Source of the DNA: an uncultured virus (IMG/VR IMGVR_UViG_3300049171_000081)
Taxonomy: Duplodnaviria > Heunggongvirae > Uroviricota > Caudoviricetes
IMG/VR virus record: IMGVR_UViG_3300049171_000081
Coordinates: 1-64,000 of that record
Reading direction: 5' to 3' (one strand)
DNA length: 64,000 bases
The translations under genes and the position numbers were made by a program. How positions within the stretch are numbered: position 1 is the first letter of the stretch; each line of letters opens with the position of its first letter. Of the stretch, positions 37,691 through 47,228 are shown one piece after another. The notes beneath the pieces were generated by a model. The model worked only from the letters and a program-made list of their open reading frames with translations, was not told where the DNA came from and did no database searches.

Positions 37691-38206
37691 CTACGGTCCG
37701 TCCGGGCCCGACGAGTAGGGCGGGGGCAGGGTCTGCGGATGGGCCGCGTCCACGTCGCACAGGAGGTTTCGGATCCAGGCGTTCGACGACATGAGCGGGT
37801 TCCTCACATGGAAGATGTAGTTCGTCAGCTCCATGTCAGGAGGCGCGGACGTGACATGGACAATGTCACCGGCATGGATGGGCGGACATCCCCGGATGGG
37901 CACCTGGATGCGGACGGCGTGGACCGTGCCCATGTCACCTCGGCTGGTCCTCACGCGGGCGCGCCAGTCCTTGTTGTTGGCCACACGGGCTTGCCCCTCG
38001 TAGAGGGGGATCAGCTCGGGAAAGGTCGTCCCTCCCGAGCCGTCAGGAATCGTCAGCATGCCGCTGGCAGGGTCGAATCCGTAGTCGTTTCCGCTACCTG
38101 GTCGACGGAGGATTTTGACGATCGCGTTCATGTGTCCGATGGGCACCGAACGCTGATGCCACGACCACCGTGGGTCGAGCGCCCTGCGTGAGTTGAGTGC
38201 GGCCAT
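37691..38206 (-). CDS. Head closure/stopper protein (DUF6093-like)
   Basis: LYEGQARV, IQVPI, GDIVHVT; position after adaptor. Confidence 0.7.
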   Translation of the reverse strand: MAALNSRRALDPRWSWHQRSVPIGHMNAIVKILRRPGSGNDYGFDPASGMLTIPDGSGGTTFPELIPLYEGQARVANNKDWRARVRTSRGDMGTVHAVRIQVPIRGCPPIHAGDIVHVTSAPPDMELTNYIFHVRNPLMSSNAWIRNLLCDVDAAHPQTLPPPYSSGPDGP

Positions 38207-38211
38207 GCCGC

Positions 38212-38412
38212 CTATTGTGCCGTCCGGAAGGAGAAGAGATCCCTTCGGATTCCTTCAAAGACCCGTCGGAGCCTTTCCGGAGCGCTCGGAGGGGCGTCTC
38301 CAGTCTGAGAGAACTCGACTTGTAAGCCGTCGCAACTGATGACACAGCCGCGACTGGACTCCCTGATGACGATCGGATCGGGGTACGTCTTCTCACCCAT
38401 GCGGAACCTCAT
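38212..38412 (-). CDS. Hypothetical small protein
   Basis: Fills the gap in the operon. Confidence 0.35.
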   Translation of the reverse strand: MRFRMGEKTYPDPIVIRESSRGCVISCDGLQVEFSQTGDAPPSAPERLRRVFEGIRRDLFSFRTAQ

Positions 38413-38497
38413 TCACCCGTAGTTCCGAGAACATACCCTTCTGGGATATTTCTCGTGAGGCTTTGATGCTTCCGATCCCAGATCCCGACGAGAATCA

Positions 38498-38989
38498 TCA
38501 GTAGAGCGACGTGAGCCAGCGTCCGATTCCAAGATTTGAAGCATAGGCCGGATCCACGGGAAACCCCCTGTTCCAGTAGGGGAGAGAGTCGATCGGATGA
38601 GGCTGGAAGTCCACGATCGCGAAGCCGCCGTCGGCCTCCTCGACCCTGTCCGCCTTGTCGTCGAGCTGCTTCGCACCGGCCAGCAGGGCGGTGGTGAGCT
38701 TCGCTCCGTCCGTCTGCAAGTCTTCCGTACGGATGACCTTCTGGATCAGCCCTTCCGAGACGGCCACGGCCCGCAGGGCGGATGCAGCAGCGCGGTACAC
38801 CCGAGGAGATCCCTCACCCTCCGCCGTCTGGTACAGGGCCTCCAGATGCGCGTCGGAGAACATGTACCCGGGGGTCCCCGAGTCCGTGTAATCCACCTGC
38901 TCGACATCGGGTATCTGGGCACGGATCTGACCTATCGGACTTGACCAGTCCGGAGGGAAAACGTCGGGAGGTGAAGCCGGTGTAGTCAT
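38498..38989 (-). CDS. Head-to-tail adaptor
   Basis: IGQIRAQIPD, MFSDAHL, AAASAL..IA, TEDLQTDG motif of actinophage adaptors. Confidence 0.8.
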   Translation of the reverse strand: MTTPASPPDVFPPDWSSPIGQIRAQIPDVEQVDYTDSGTPGYMFSDAHLEALYQTAEGEGSPRVYRAAASALRAVAVSEGLIQKVIRTEDLQTDGAKLTTALLAGAKQLDDKADRVEEADGGFAIVDFQPHPIDSLPYWNRGFPVDPAYASNLGIGRWLTSLY

Positions 38990-39038
38990 GCTCAGGAGAC
39001 TAGCTCGGAAAAGATCCAATGCGGCATAGCATCAGGAC

Positions 39039-39638
39039 GTGCTCCTTAGCGACTACCACCTGATCGCCGCGATCTCCACGCAGCGCATTTCCGTCGAGCC
39101 CTACAGCCCGAGGATGATCCAGCCCGCGTCCCTCGAAGTGAGTCTCGACCGAAGATTCCTGGTCTTCGACAGCCACCTCTACTCGCACATAGATCCGCAG
39201 GAAGAGCAGCCGGATCTGACGCGTCTCGTGGAGGTGGAGGACGACCAACCGTTCATTCTCCATCCCGGCGAGTTCGTCCTCGGCAGCGTCCTGGAGAAGA
39301 CGACTCTCGGCAGTGACCTCGCAGCGCGCGTCGAAGGTAAAAGTTCCTTGGGGCGTCTCGGGCTTGTTGTTCATTCCACGGCGGGATTCATAGACCCGGG
39401 GTTCTCCGGTCACATCACGCTGGAGTTGTCCAACCTCGCCACCCTGCCGATCAAGCTGTGGCCCGGCATGAAGATCGGTCAACTCTGCTTCTTCGAACTG
39501 ACAGGGCCAGCCGAGTTCCCCTACGGAAGCCCGGAACGCGGCTCCCACTACCAGGGGCAGTCCGGGCCCACGCCCTCCCGGTCATGGCAACGCTTCTATC
39601 GCAGCAAGATCCCGTCATCCGCAACCCGGCAGAGTTGA
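39039..39638 (+). CDS. dcd: dCTP deaminase
   Basis: [48 protein letters not shown]. Confidence 0.93.
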   Translation: MLLSDYHLIAAISTQRISVEPYSPRMIQPASLEVSLDRRFLVFDSHLYSHIDPQEEQPDLTRLVEVEDDQPFILHPGEFVLGSVLEKTTLGSDLAARVEGKSSLGRLGLVVHSTAGFIDPGFSGHITLELSNLATLPIKLWPGMKIGQLCFFELTGPAEFPYGSPERGSHYQGQSGPTPSRSWQRFYRSKIPSSATRQS

Positions 39639-39811
39639 TTCAGAATCGCTCCAGTGTCAGCGCTGACGGAATTCCGACCGGTCAGGGCCTCTACAGTGGA
39701 TACCGCCCTTTCGGTGCTGAGGCTCCAACCGGATGGCCGTGGCGCGGTCCCGCAGGCGTGATCCCTTTGGCGAGGGTGCGGGACCGCGTTTCACGTTGAA
39801 AGGAGCCCTTC

Positions 39812-39937
39812 GTGGCACGCATGCTCGGGACTTGGTCGAAGCGCTGGTGCCCCGTCTGTCGAGGACCGGCCGGGATGGACTGCCTGGACACCTCCAGGCC
39901 GAAGAAGTCGCAGAGGGCCCGCGAGAACCGACAGTGA
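39812..39937 (+). CDS. Small basic Cys-containing peptide (41 aa)
   Basis: RBS AAGGAG; MARMLGTWSKRWCPVCRGPAGMDC. Confidence 0.5.
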   Translation: MARMLGTWSKRWCPVCRGPAGMDCLDTSRPKKSQRARENRQ

Positions 39938-39969
39938 AAGAACGAGTCCAGGATTGGACATTGTCCAAA

Positions 39970-40015
39970 AACAGAACTGCCCCGGACGCGGTGATGCGTC
40001 CGGGGCAGTTCTGTT
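39970..40015. terminator. Bidirectional terminator between convergent blocks
   Basis: AACAGAACTGCCCCGGACGC / GCGTCCGGGGCAGTTCTGTT. Confidence 0.8.
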
Positions 40016-40039
40016 CGTCAAGCCATCACCGCAAAGCGG

Positions 40040-40417
40040 CTACCGCTTGAGGTGGTACGTGGAGGTGCACGTGCCGTCCTCTCGTAGGATGCTGTTGCAG
40101 TCGCCCCATTCGGCAGGTTCCTTGCAGCGGGGGATCCGCGTGTCACCCAGCGCGCGAAGCGCTTCGGCCAGCCGGTGGGCAGCGTTTATGGCGGCCTGCC
40201 ACGACTCGTCGGTGAAATGTCCGTAACGCCGGTAGGAGTCCTTGTGAGCAAGTCGGGCTGCCGCGAACCCCTCCTGCGCGGGGCGGACCTCCGGGTGCAG
40301 CCACCCGAAGGCCAGGGTGGCTTCGTCGAGCATGGACAGGCCGCCTGTGTTGTGCGGGTGACCGTCCATGACCTCCAGGGCTTCTGCCAACTCCCGGGCG
40401 CTGCGATCCTTCAGCAC
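40040..40417 (-). CDS. Hypothetical protein
   Basis: GTG after GGGAGAGG; last gene of the leftward block. Confidence 0.5.
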   Translation of the reverse strand: MLKDRSARELAEALEVMDGHPHNTGGLSMLDEATLAFGWLHPEVRPAQEGFAAARLAHKDSYRRYGHFTDESWQAAINAAHRLAEALRALGDTRIPRCKEPAEWGDCNSILREDGTCTSTYHLKR

Positions 40418-40641
40418 GCCGACCCCTCTCCCTTCGATGCCTGGATGATGTCGACCTGCTGCTCCCACGGCAGGTCGTGCAAGAACTGAGCCAAGCCGTA
40501 AAGCCTCGACTTGGCGGCACGCGCCTCGATCTCGTTGCTGGCAGGCAAGGGGACCCAGGTGGCGGTGCACCACGGGGCACCCATGAAGCAGTGCAGCGCT
40601 CCGTGCGAGAAGCACCAGGCGTACTGAAGCGCCTCGGTCAT
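40411..40641 (-). CDS. Hypothetical protein
   Basis: AWCFSHG; operon context. Confidence 0.55.
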   Translation of the reverse strand: MTEALQYAWCFSHGALHCFMGAPWCTATWVPLPASNEIEARAAKSRLYGLAQFLHDLPWEQQVDIIQASKGEGSAC

Positions 40642-40651
40642 GAACGGTTCC

Positions 40652-41119
40652 TCACTCGTTCGTCAGAGACTGGGTCATCAGGTTCACGGACCGGGTGAGG
40701 GGCGGGTAGTCCGCATCCACACCGCCCACCGTCGCGTCGACGACCCAGGTCGTCACGGCGTACTCGAAGTCCTGCCGGATCCGGTGGTACTCGCTCACGG
40801 CCGAACGGATGTAGTCGACGGCGGCCGAGCTGTACCGGGTGTACTCGGTGGTGCACGTCAGCATCTCCGCCAGCAGAGCATCGACGGCCTCGTGCCACTC
40901 GTTGAGCAGCTTCGCCTGTTCCTTCAGCATCAGACGGGTGTTGCCCGGCCCGAACTCACGGGCGTACCACTGGAGGTACGTGAGGTCGAACAGGTCGAAA
41001 CCGTCACGCAGGCCACCCTTCTCCACCACGCCTTCGTAGCGGCCGATCGCCGCCTTCTCTCCGTAGGTGGTGACGGTGAAGATCTCCGCCTTGCTCTCCT
41101 GAACCTCTTGCTCACCCAT
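40652..41119 (-). CDS. Hypothetical protein
   Basis: RBS AAAGGAGA. Confidence 0.65.
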   Translation of the reverse strand: MGEQEVQESKAEIFTVTTYGEKAAIGRYEGVVEKGGLRDGFDLFDLTYLQWYAREFGPGNTRLMLKEQAKLLNEWHEAVDALLAEMLTCTTEYTRYSSAAVDYIRSAVSEYHRIRQDFEYAVTTWVVDATVGGVDADYPPLTRSVNLMTQSLTNE

Positions 41120-41147
41120 GTTTCTTCTCCTTTCAGTCGACGTTGCT

Positions 41148-41882
41148 CTACTTGTCGGACTTCATGTCGGACGGGTACTGCGTGCACATGAAGCACCTGC
41201 CGTCGATGGTTCCGGCGTCCGGGTGCCGCGTGCACTTCTCGTAGAGCCCGAGGTTCTCGGTCTCGATCACAAGCTGAACGAGCGCCTTCTCGTGGGAGCA
41301 CCCCGTCCCCGCGCACTGACCCCCCTCGCAGGGCTCGGACGCGGCTGCTTCGACAGGGCCCCGGGTACAGGCGCAGTCGCCAGAACCGGCCTCACCGCTG
41401 ACGGGTCCCACGCACCCTTCCCACTCGTCGTGCCAGTCGGCGCGGTGGCCGCAGTACCCGCAGGGCATCTCATCGTTGACCTGCACAGTTGTCGGACGCA
41501 GGGCCCTGCCGACTGCGGTGTACAGCGTGCCCCAGTGGCCACTGTCCGGGTCGTTGCGCTGGATGGCCACGTTCACCCGGCTCATCAGGTCGGCGAACGT
41601 GCGGTCGCATCGGTGGCACCACCCGTTGAACGCGCAGTGCTGGGTGGTGCGACAGGGCTTCCAGCCGTCCGGCGGCAGAGTTCCGTCAAGGTACGACAGC
41701 AGCATGTCGCTGGCGACACCCGCGAGGAGCGTGGCGTCGGTCTTCTCGCTTGCCGCGTTCTGCCACAGGCGGGCGAGATCCCGCACCCGGTCCAGTCGGG
41801 CGATCAGGCCGTCTCGGTCCTTCTCGATCTCCTGGGCCTTCGCCTTCCAGATGTCGCTTCGGCGCTGCTCCTTGTCAGACAC
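41148..41882 (-). CDS. Hypothetical Cys/His-rich protein
   Basis: RBS AAGGAG; several CxxC/CxH clusters. Confidence 0.55.
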   Translation of the reverse strand: MSDKEQRRSDIWKAKAQEIEKDRDGLIARLDRVRDLARLWQNAASEKTDATLLAGVASDMLLSYLDGTLPPDGWKPCRTTQHCAFNGWCHRCDRTFADLMSRVNVAIQRNDPDSGHWGTLYTAVGRALRPTTVQVNDEMPCGYCGHRADWHDEWEGCVGPVSGEAGSGDCACTRGPVEAAASEPCEGGQCAGTGCSHEKALVQLVIETENLGLYEKCTRHPDAGTIDGRCFMCTQYPSDMKSDK

Positions 41883-42090
41883 GGGTTGCTCCTTGTCGCT
41901 TGAGGGTGGCGATGCACTTGGTGCAGGTGACCGGGTGATCACCGGGCAGCCACGTGTGGTCGATCCCGGGATCCAGCCAGACCAGACAGGCGGTGTTGTG
42001 GCCGCCCGCCAGGATGCTTCGGGCTGCATGGACGGGGTCCATGCCGGGGTAGCGGACCCTCTCGGGGAATTCGACGGGGGGCAGAACCAT
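41875..42090 (-). CDS. Hypothetical small zinc-binding protein
   Basis: RBS GAGGAG; H...TAC...CTKC. Confidence 0.55.
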   Translation of the reverse strand: MVLPPVEFPERVRYPGMDPVHAARSILAGGHNTACLVWLDPGIDHTWLPGDHPVTCTKCIATLKRQGATRV

Positions 42091-42156
42091 GGGGGTCTCC
42101 TCAGGGTTGAGTGCGTGATTTACCTTCGGTGATCGCGGCGCAGTAGAAGGCGAACC

Positions 42157-42489
42157 TCAAGGCCCCTCCAGGTCATCCAGTTCACCGGCCAGCACCTTGC
42201 GTCCGTTCTTGGTGAGGGTGACCGGCTCGTGCCAGTCGCTGAACTCGTTTCCGCCGTCGATCCGGGGGCCGTGTTCCACGAGACCCAGCGCGACGAGAGC
42301 GGACAGGGTGGGCCGGGGGATGGTGATCCACGTGGAGGGGGTCCGCTCCTGCGACGTGTACGACCGGTAGTACGTGTACCGGGTTCGGTCGGTACCGGGG
42401 ATGTTCTGGTGAATGACGCGATAGTTCCCGACGGTGCGCAAGGCGTTGAAGCGCGCCACCGTCATCTTCTTCCTTGGAGCGTCGAGCAC
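42157..42489 (-). CDS. Hypothetical protein (winged-helix-like C-terminus)
   Basis: RBS AAAGGAGA; TLSALVALGLV...LTKNGRKVL. Confidence 0.6.
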   Translation of the reverse strand: MLDAPRKKMTVARFNALRTVGNYRVIHQNIPGTDRTRYTYYRSYTSQERTPSTWITIPRPTLSALVALGLVEHGPRIDGGNEFSDWHEPVTLTKNGRKVLAGELDDLEGP

Positions 42490-42509
42490 GTGTCTTCTCC
42501 TTTCGCCCG

Positions 42510-42866
42510 TCAGTCGACGGGTCGGTTTCGGCGGACTCGGGGCCGACCGTTGCGCTCCAACAGTCGGTAGAGCCGCGAGGGGGCCATGGCGGCGGCGATA
42601 CCGATCGCCTTACGGTCCGCGTTGGGGCTGGTCAGGTCCGCCTTGACGATGGCTTGCTCCCAGAACAGGTCCAAGTGGCGACGGACCTGAGACGTCCTGC
42701 TGAGCGTGGCGGTCAGTTCCTCGAAGGACCGCGCGTGACGAGGCGGGTCCACCGTTGTCGACTGCTTCAGGGCCGCGAGAATCGCGTCCGCGAGATCCGG
42801 GTCGACATCGGAGACCGTCTCGTTGTTGCCCTCGGCGTCGTGGAACGTGATGACCTTCTTGTTCAT
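42510..42866 (-). CDS. Hypothetical DNA-binding protein (HTH-like C-terminus)
   Basis: RKAIGIAAAMAPSRLYRLL; leaderless -10 TAACGT. Confidence 0.55.
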   Translation of the reverse strand: MNKKVITFHDAEGNNETVSDVDPDLADAILAALKQSTTVDPPRHARSFEELTATLSRTSQVRRHLDLFWEQAIVKADLTSPNADRKAIGIAAAMAPSRLYRLLERNGRPRVRRNRPVD

Positions 42867-42935
42867 GTACCGAACGTTACACGACTACCGATCGGTACAC
42901 AAGAAGTTTCCGTACAACGTGCCACCGTTGACCGC

Positions 42936-43169
42936 GTGAGTGCATACGAAGACGACCCGACGCTCTATCCGCCGCAGCCCGACCCACCCGACGACCCCAG
43001 ATTTGAGTGGATCGACGTGCAGGGCTTCGGCGACGAGGGCCCCAACTGGATCAGGGGTGCCTGTCGCCACCTGTTGTTCTCTGCGGAGTTCAGCGCCGAC
43101 GGCAGGGGGCTCGCGGGCTTCCCCTGTCCGGACTGCGGGCGACGACTTCCGCCTGAGGGCAGCCCTTGA
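42936..43169 (+). CDS. Small zinc-ribbon protein
   Basis: CRH...CPDCG; followed by a hairpin. Confidence 0.45.
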   Translation: MSAYEDDPTLYPPQPDPPDDPRFEWIDVQGFGDEGPNWIRGACRHLLFSAEFSADGRGLAGFPCPDCGRRLPPEGSP

Positions 43170-43173
43170 AACG

Positions 43174-43223
43174 CCTCAGCGCCCGCCAGGAAAACGAGAA
43201 AGAAACCTGGCGGGCGCTGAAGG
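43174..43223. terminator. Hairpin terminator between convergent genes
   Basis: TCAGCGCCCGCCAGG / CCTGGCGGGCGCTGA. Confidence 0.7.
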
Positions 43224-43348
43224 TTCATCTTGTCGTCGCGGGGACCATTTCCGTTTGCCCCGGGCGGCCCACGACGACATCCACTTCGCTCAACAGGTGA
43301 ACCGAGAGCGTGGCCACCCTACTGAACTTGTAGACATGGAGGCAACGT

Positions 43349-44257
43349 TCAGCCGGAGAGCAGGTCGGCTATCGCCCGGGAGATGGGTTGCCCGGTGGCC
43401 AGCTCGATGAACCCGAACTGACCTCCCGGGTTGCACTCCAGGAACCACCACCGACCCTCGCGGTCCACGACGAAGTCGAACGCCCCGTAGGTCAGACCAC
43501 TCAGCCCCATGAACGCGTTGACCGCAGCCTCCACGTACGGGGGTGTCGGAACTTCCTTCCACTGCACCCCTTCGGTGAACCGGACGTCCGCGTCGGCGCA
43601 CTGGGCCTCGGCGCAGAACATCTCGGTGCCCACGACCGTGAGCCGGATGTCCGCGATCTTCTCCACGGCCTGCTGAAAACAGGTCGGAGACCCCGCAACC
43701 GAGGACAGGTCGACGTCGGGGGAGATCCGCGCAGTCGGCAGGGCAACGCCATCCGGCTGGCGGCCGGACACCGTCTTGCACACCATCGGACCATTGTGAC
43801 TCCGAAAGTACCTGGCCTCGACATCGCATGTCGTGACCAAGGTGGGGGGAGTGAGCAGTCCGGCCCGGTGGGCGAGGAGGAGCTGAGGCGTCTTGTAGCG
43901 AGCCCTCTCGTGGGCCTCCGGGTCATTGACCCACCGGACCCCCGGCAAGGCCCTCAGGGAGCCGTAGAAGGCGTGCAGAGCTTCGTGCGCGGACCACTCC
44001 TGATGCGCCCCGGGAACCGCGCCAGGGAGCCCCGGGCGGCGCACCCAGACCGACCTGATCGACGACAGCAGGAGCCTGCGACGTCCGTCCCAGAGGTACC
44101 CATCGACCACCCCGTGCTCAGTGACAGAGGTGAGGTCGACCCGGCCCGGAAAATCGGCCGGGTCGACCCTGAAGACAGGCGTACCGGCCTGGTGGAGCTG
44201 GTGCACCACCATGTCCGCAGTCACGTCTTCCGGGCACGTGAGCACCAGCACCGTCAT
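43349..44257 (-). CDS. tgmB: ATP-grasp ribosomal peptide maturase (graspetide synthetase)
   Basis: VLVLTCPEDVTADMV, SVWVRRP, WVNDP, YKTPQL, PPTLVT, DIRLTVVG, YGAFDF, FLECNPGGQFGF. Confidence 0.9.
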   Translation of the reverse strand: MTVLVLTCPEDVTADMVVHQLHQAGTPVFRVDPADFPGRVDLTSVTEHGVVDGYLWDGRRRLLLSSIRSVWVRRPGLPGAVPGAHQEWSAHEALHAFYGSLRALPGVRWVNDPEAHERARYKTPQLLLAHRAGLLTPPTLVTTCDVEARYFRSHNGPMVCKTVSGRQPDGVALPTARISPDVDLSSVAGSPTCFQQAVEKIADIRLTVVGTEMFCAEAQCADADVRFTEGVQWKEVPTPPYVEAAVNAFMGLSGLTYGAFDFVVDREGRWWFLECNPGGQFGFIELATGQPISRAIADLLSG

Positions 44258-44266
44258 GGCGAGGCC

Positions 44267-44449
44267 CTAGTCGTCGAAGTGGGTCTTCGACCCGGCCGTG
44301 GAGGTGGTGGTGCTGTAGAGCGAGGTGTCCGAACCAACCACTGCGGGTGTGCCATCGGACAAGATGTTGAGCTGGCGCTCCTGGTCGTAGACGTACGGAG
44401 CGGCCGAGACGCTGTGCGTCGGGACGGCGTAGTTCAGAGCGAAGTGCAC
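44267..44449 (-). CDS. tgmA: ATP-grasp-modified RiPP precursor peptide
   Basis: Leader (H)FAL.YA, YDxxxQLN motif; Thr/Ser/Asp-rich core STTTSTAGSKTHFDD; 9 nt upstream of the maturase. Confidence 0.85.
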   Translation of the reverse strand: MHFALNYAVPTHSVSAAPYVYDQERQLNILSDGTPAVVGSDTSLYSTTTSTAGSKTHFDD

Positions 44450-44503
44450 GGAGGTTCACTCCCTACGGGGATGAGTTTGCGAAAACTCCGGCAGCAGGGC
44501 GTC

Positions 44504-44857
44504 TCAGGAGAACATCACCAGTAGGACGTCACTTCGCCGGAGGGTGTTCCTCAGGTCCTCGAACTCGTGCTCATCAAGGCCCGTGTGCGCTCGGGACGGG
44601 ATGGCAACAACTTCCGCTTCCCCGGAAGTGTGGTCGAGGACCTTCCGCCATCCTCTCCGATGATCCAGAGAGGCGTGGGGGTCTTCTTCGATCACGGTGG
44701 CCACGTGCGGCCATCCTCGGAACCGTGTGTACTCCTCCGCCTTACGGGTCAAGCGCTCCCGGGCGGCCTCGTCGGAGGTGCAGATGTATGCGACGACGGG
44801 CGTAGGCCCGTGGCGGCAGGGACGGTCGTCGTGACACCCGTACATGAGGTGAGACAT
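44504..44857 (-). CDS. Serine-resolvase N-terminal-like protein, apparently non-catalytic (start uncertain, could be 44977)
   Basis: VVAYIC...EEYT..RGW.HVATVIE...RRGWRKVL...AEVVAIPS. Confidence 0.5.
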   Translation of the reverse strand: MSHLMYGCHDDRPCRHGPTPVVAYICTSDEAARERLTRKAEEYTRFRGWPHVATVIEEDPHASLDHRRGWRKVLDHTSGEAEVVAIPSRAHTGLDEHEFEDLRNTLRRSDVLLVMFS

Positions 44858-45022
44858 CGGGCTCCTCGGGTCGACCGGCGACAAACTCTGACGGAAGTTC
44901 ACCAGGTATCTCCGGTCGTACCGCAAGAGTAGAGCCGCGAATTCACTCGAAGGAAGGCCCGGTCGAGAGAGTGGCATATGCCACTTTTCCAGCCGGGCCT
45001 TCTGTGTGCTGACCTGCGGAAA

Positions 45023-45442
45023 CTACTTCTTGGGTGGATCTTCCCGAGTGGTCCGCCGGGCACTCAGGCTGGAAACCCCACGACTGAGCGAGTCGGCGCG
45101 GTCCGCTGCGGCCAGAAGCACCATCGCCAAGCGACGGGCGTCGGTCGGGTGCATGGCCACGAAGTCGAGCTGACGCTCCCAGTCGGCCAGCACGTACGGA
45201 TCCGGCTGGGCGACGTAGACGCTGTCTCGGGCCTCCGTCTCGTCCACCGACCGCACGACCCACATCGGCGGCCGATGGGCGAAGGGTGCGTGCTGCACCA
45301 CCCTCCACTCGGCCCCGGCCATGGAATGTCCTGGCGGGTTGATGATGTCTGGCTTAGGGCGTTCTGCGCTCTCCGCGATGGCGACGAGCCGGTGCAGCTC
45401 TTCGCGGAGATCACCCAGCTTGAGATCGTCGAAGCCGGTCAC
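45023..45442 (-). CDS. Hypothetical protein
   Basis: GTGA coupling; DARRLAMVLLAAAD. Confidence 0.55.
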   Translation of the reverse strand: MTGFDDLKLGDLREELHRLVAIAESAERPKPDIINPPGHSMAGAEWRVVQHAPFAHRPPMWVVRSVDETEARDSVYVAQPDPYVLADWERQLDFVAMHPTDARRLAMVLLAAADRADSLSRGVSSLSARRTTREDPPKK

Positions 45443-45606
45443 TGGCCGGAGGTTCGCTTCTGCTGCTCCCGCCACTCCAGGCGCAGCTCACGGAGATCGT
45501 TGCAGATCCCGTCGTAGACGCCTTTCGCGCGCACGAGAGTCTTTCGCGCATCTTCGGCGTCAGCTTCCAGACGCCTCTTTTGGTTTTCGTACTCTTTTTC
45601 GGTCAT
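45439..45606 (-). CDS. Small coiled-coil protein
   Basis: RBS GGGGAGG. Confidence 0.5.
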   Translation of the reverse strand: MTEKEYENQKRRLEADAEDARKTLVRAKGVYDGICNDLRELRLEWREQQKRTSGQ

Positions 45607-46268
45607 CACGTGACCTCCCCTTCCGATTGCAGCCAATTCAGCCCGAACGCCTCCAGAACTGAGGCAGAGACGGGGGATCCTGCGACTTCCATTTCATCGA
45701 CGAGCCGTAGGGCCCGATCGGCGATCACCAGCTCCCGGGGGACGGGCGCAACGTCGTCGCCGAGGCCACGGAGGAACTCCGCGACCCTGGACCAGGAGTA
45801 GAGCGAGGTTCCCCCCACCTTCTCTTCAGGTTGCGGAAATCCTCCCGGACCTCTTTGTCCCTTTGACAGTTGCACCAGTGACTGTCGGCTTCTCCCTGCC
45901 CGTTGTGCGGCGATGTCCAGGGTTACTGTGTCGTCGTGGATCACGCGCGATGCGCGAAGCCCTTCCATCCGGCGGATCTGTCGAGAGACCAGCGCGATGG
46001 CCTCAAGGATCGAGTCAGCCTCCACGTCGCAGTACAGCTCCGACACGCCAGGGCCGCCCGTGGTGTAAGAAATGGATCCGTCTGCGAAGAGCGAAAACCA
46101 TCCGTTGGCGTTGAAGTCGATCAGGTTGGTCTCAGCTCGGGTCAGTTGCCGATTGAGAGCCAGAGCGAAGGTCCATTCGACAGACACGCCCTTGTCCTTT
46201 TCTTGAGTTGCGGCATTTTTGCTCGTGGTAGTGACAGGGGTGGACTCGTTGCAATTCACCTCTGTCAT
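45606..46268 (-). CDS. DNA-binding protein with AlpA-like HTH
   Basis: VTLDIAAQRAGRSRQSL...RGPGGFPQP...LYSW. Confidence 0.65.
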   Translation of the reverse strand: MTEVNCNESTPVTTTSKNAATQEKDKGVSVEWTFALALNRQLTRAETNLIDFNANGWFSLFADGSISYTTGGPGVSELYCDVEADSILEAIALVSRQIRRMEGLRASRVIHDDTVTLDIAAQRAGRSRQSLVQLSKGQRGPGGFPQPEEKVGGTSLYSWSRVAEFLRGLGDDVAPVPRELVIADRALRLVDEMEVAGSPVSASVLEAFGLNWLQSEGEVT

Positions 46269-46431
46269 TTCTCGATCTTCAGGCGCTCCGCCTCCGGGTA
46301 CTGATGTAGGGCTTGCCGGGTTCATGCCGCCCCTGGCAGTGAACCTTCTCGTCACCCCGGAAGTACTGGTGACCGTGATGGTTCATCTCCCCGAAGAGGT
46401 GGCAGCGGATGGTCCGGATGGCAGCCACCCC

Positions 46432-46662
46432 TCACCCCCCGGCCGATCGAGCGGCCTCAATTTCCGCCCGAGTCACGGTCTCGAAATGCCACCACCGGCC
46501 GCCCTCCCACTGCATGATCTTCGCGCTGGAGGCCGGACCCGACTCGGAGAAGACCTCGCGGATCTGGTCGTACGTTTTCCGTTCACTGGTGTGATCGGAC
46601 TCGACAGGGTCCCCGGTGCCGGTCAGGATCAGTCGCCACGGCTTACGCGGCCTCGACGCCAT
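46432..46662 (-). CDS. Hypothetical protein
   Basis: RBS AAGGAGG. Confidence 0.6.
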   Translation of the reverse strand: MASRPRKPWRLILTGTGDPVESDHTSERKTYDQIREVFSESGPASSAKIMQWEGGRWWHFETVTRAEIEAARSAGG

Positions 46663-46667
46663 GATCG

Positions 46668-46937
46668 TCACCCCTCCTTGGGCGAAGCCTGATCGAGAGC
46701 GCGCTCGGTCTCGTACAGCTCCACGGCGTGCGTGGTGGCCTGGAAGATCGCCGCCCGCTCGCCGAGCTGCACCATCCCTTGCAGGGCCCGGTTGATGAGG
46801 CCGGTACTGATCCCGGCGTCGACGTCCTTGGCGAAACGGGCGAGCATCTCGGAGAGGTCCCGGGCTTCTCGGGTCAGGTGGTCCCGATCCGAGTTCATCT
46901 GGTTGGTGAGCATGCGGTGTGCATGACGGGTGGTCAC
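46668..46937 (-). CDS. Hypothetical protein
   Basis: GTGA coupling. Confidence 0.55.
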   Translation of the reverse strand: MTTRHAHRMLTNQMNSDRDHLTREARDLSEMLARFAKDVDAGISTGLINRALQGMVQLGERAAIFQATTHAVELYETERALDQASPKEG

Positions 46938-47224
46938 GGGGCTTCCTTCTCTTCGGCGGAGCGCTGGTGGGTGACGAGCGGCAAGACGGCGGCGAGGACT
47001 TCACGGACACTGTCGGCGGAGAAAGCGCCTACGGCGCGGACTCCGGCCATGACGAGGTCGTGCGGAACGTCCTGGGGTCGAATCGGTGACGAGACGGGCT
47101 GGTCCGTGGGTGCGGAAGCCAGCAGGGCATCTAGACAGGCGTTTGCGCGAGGAGTACTGAGTCCTGCCTGGGTCAGGTAGCCAATCAGGCGAGCCCGATG
47201 GGATACGTAGTCGTTGGTGGACAC
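46934..47224 (-). CDS. Hypothetical protein
   Basis: Operon context. Confidence 0.5.
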   Translation of the reverse strand: MSTNDYVSHRARLIGYLTQAGLSTPRANACLDALLASAPTDQPVSSPIRPQDVPHDLVMAGVRAVGAFSADSVREVLAAVLPLVTHQRSAEEKEAP

Positions 47225-47228
47225 GGCT

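Noticed and set aside
44504..44977. Possible serine integrase for the element
   Set aside because: Too short, lacks the Y-x-R-x-S catalytic motif (reads AYICTS) and has no recombinase domain
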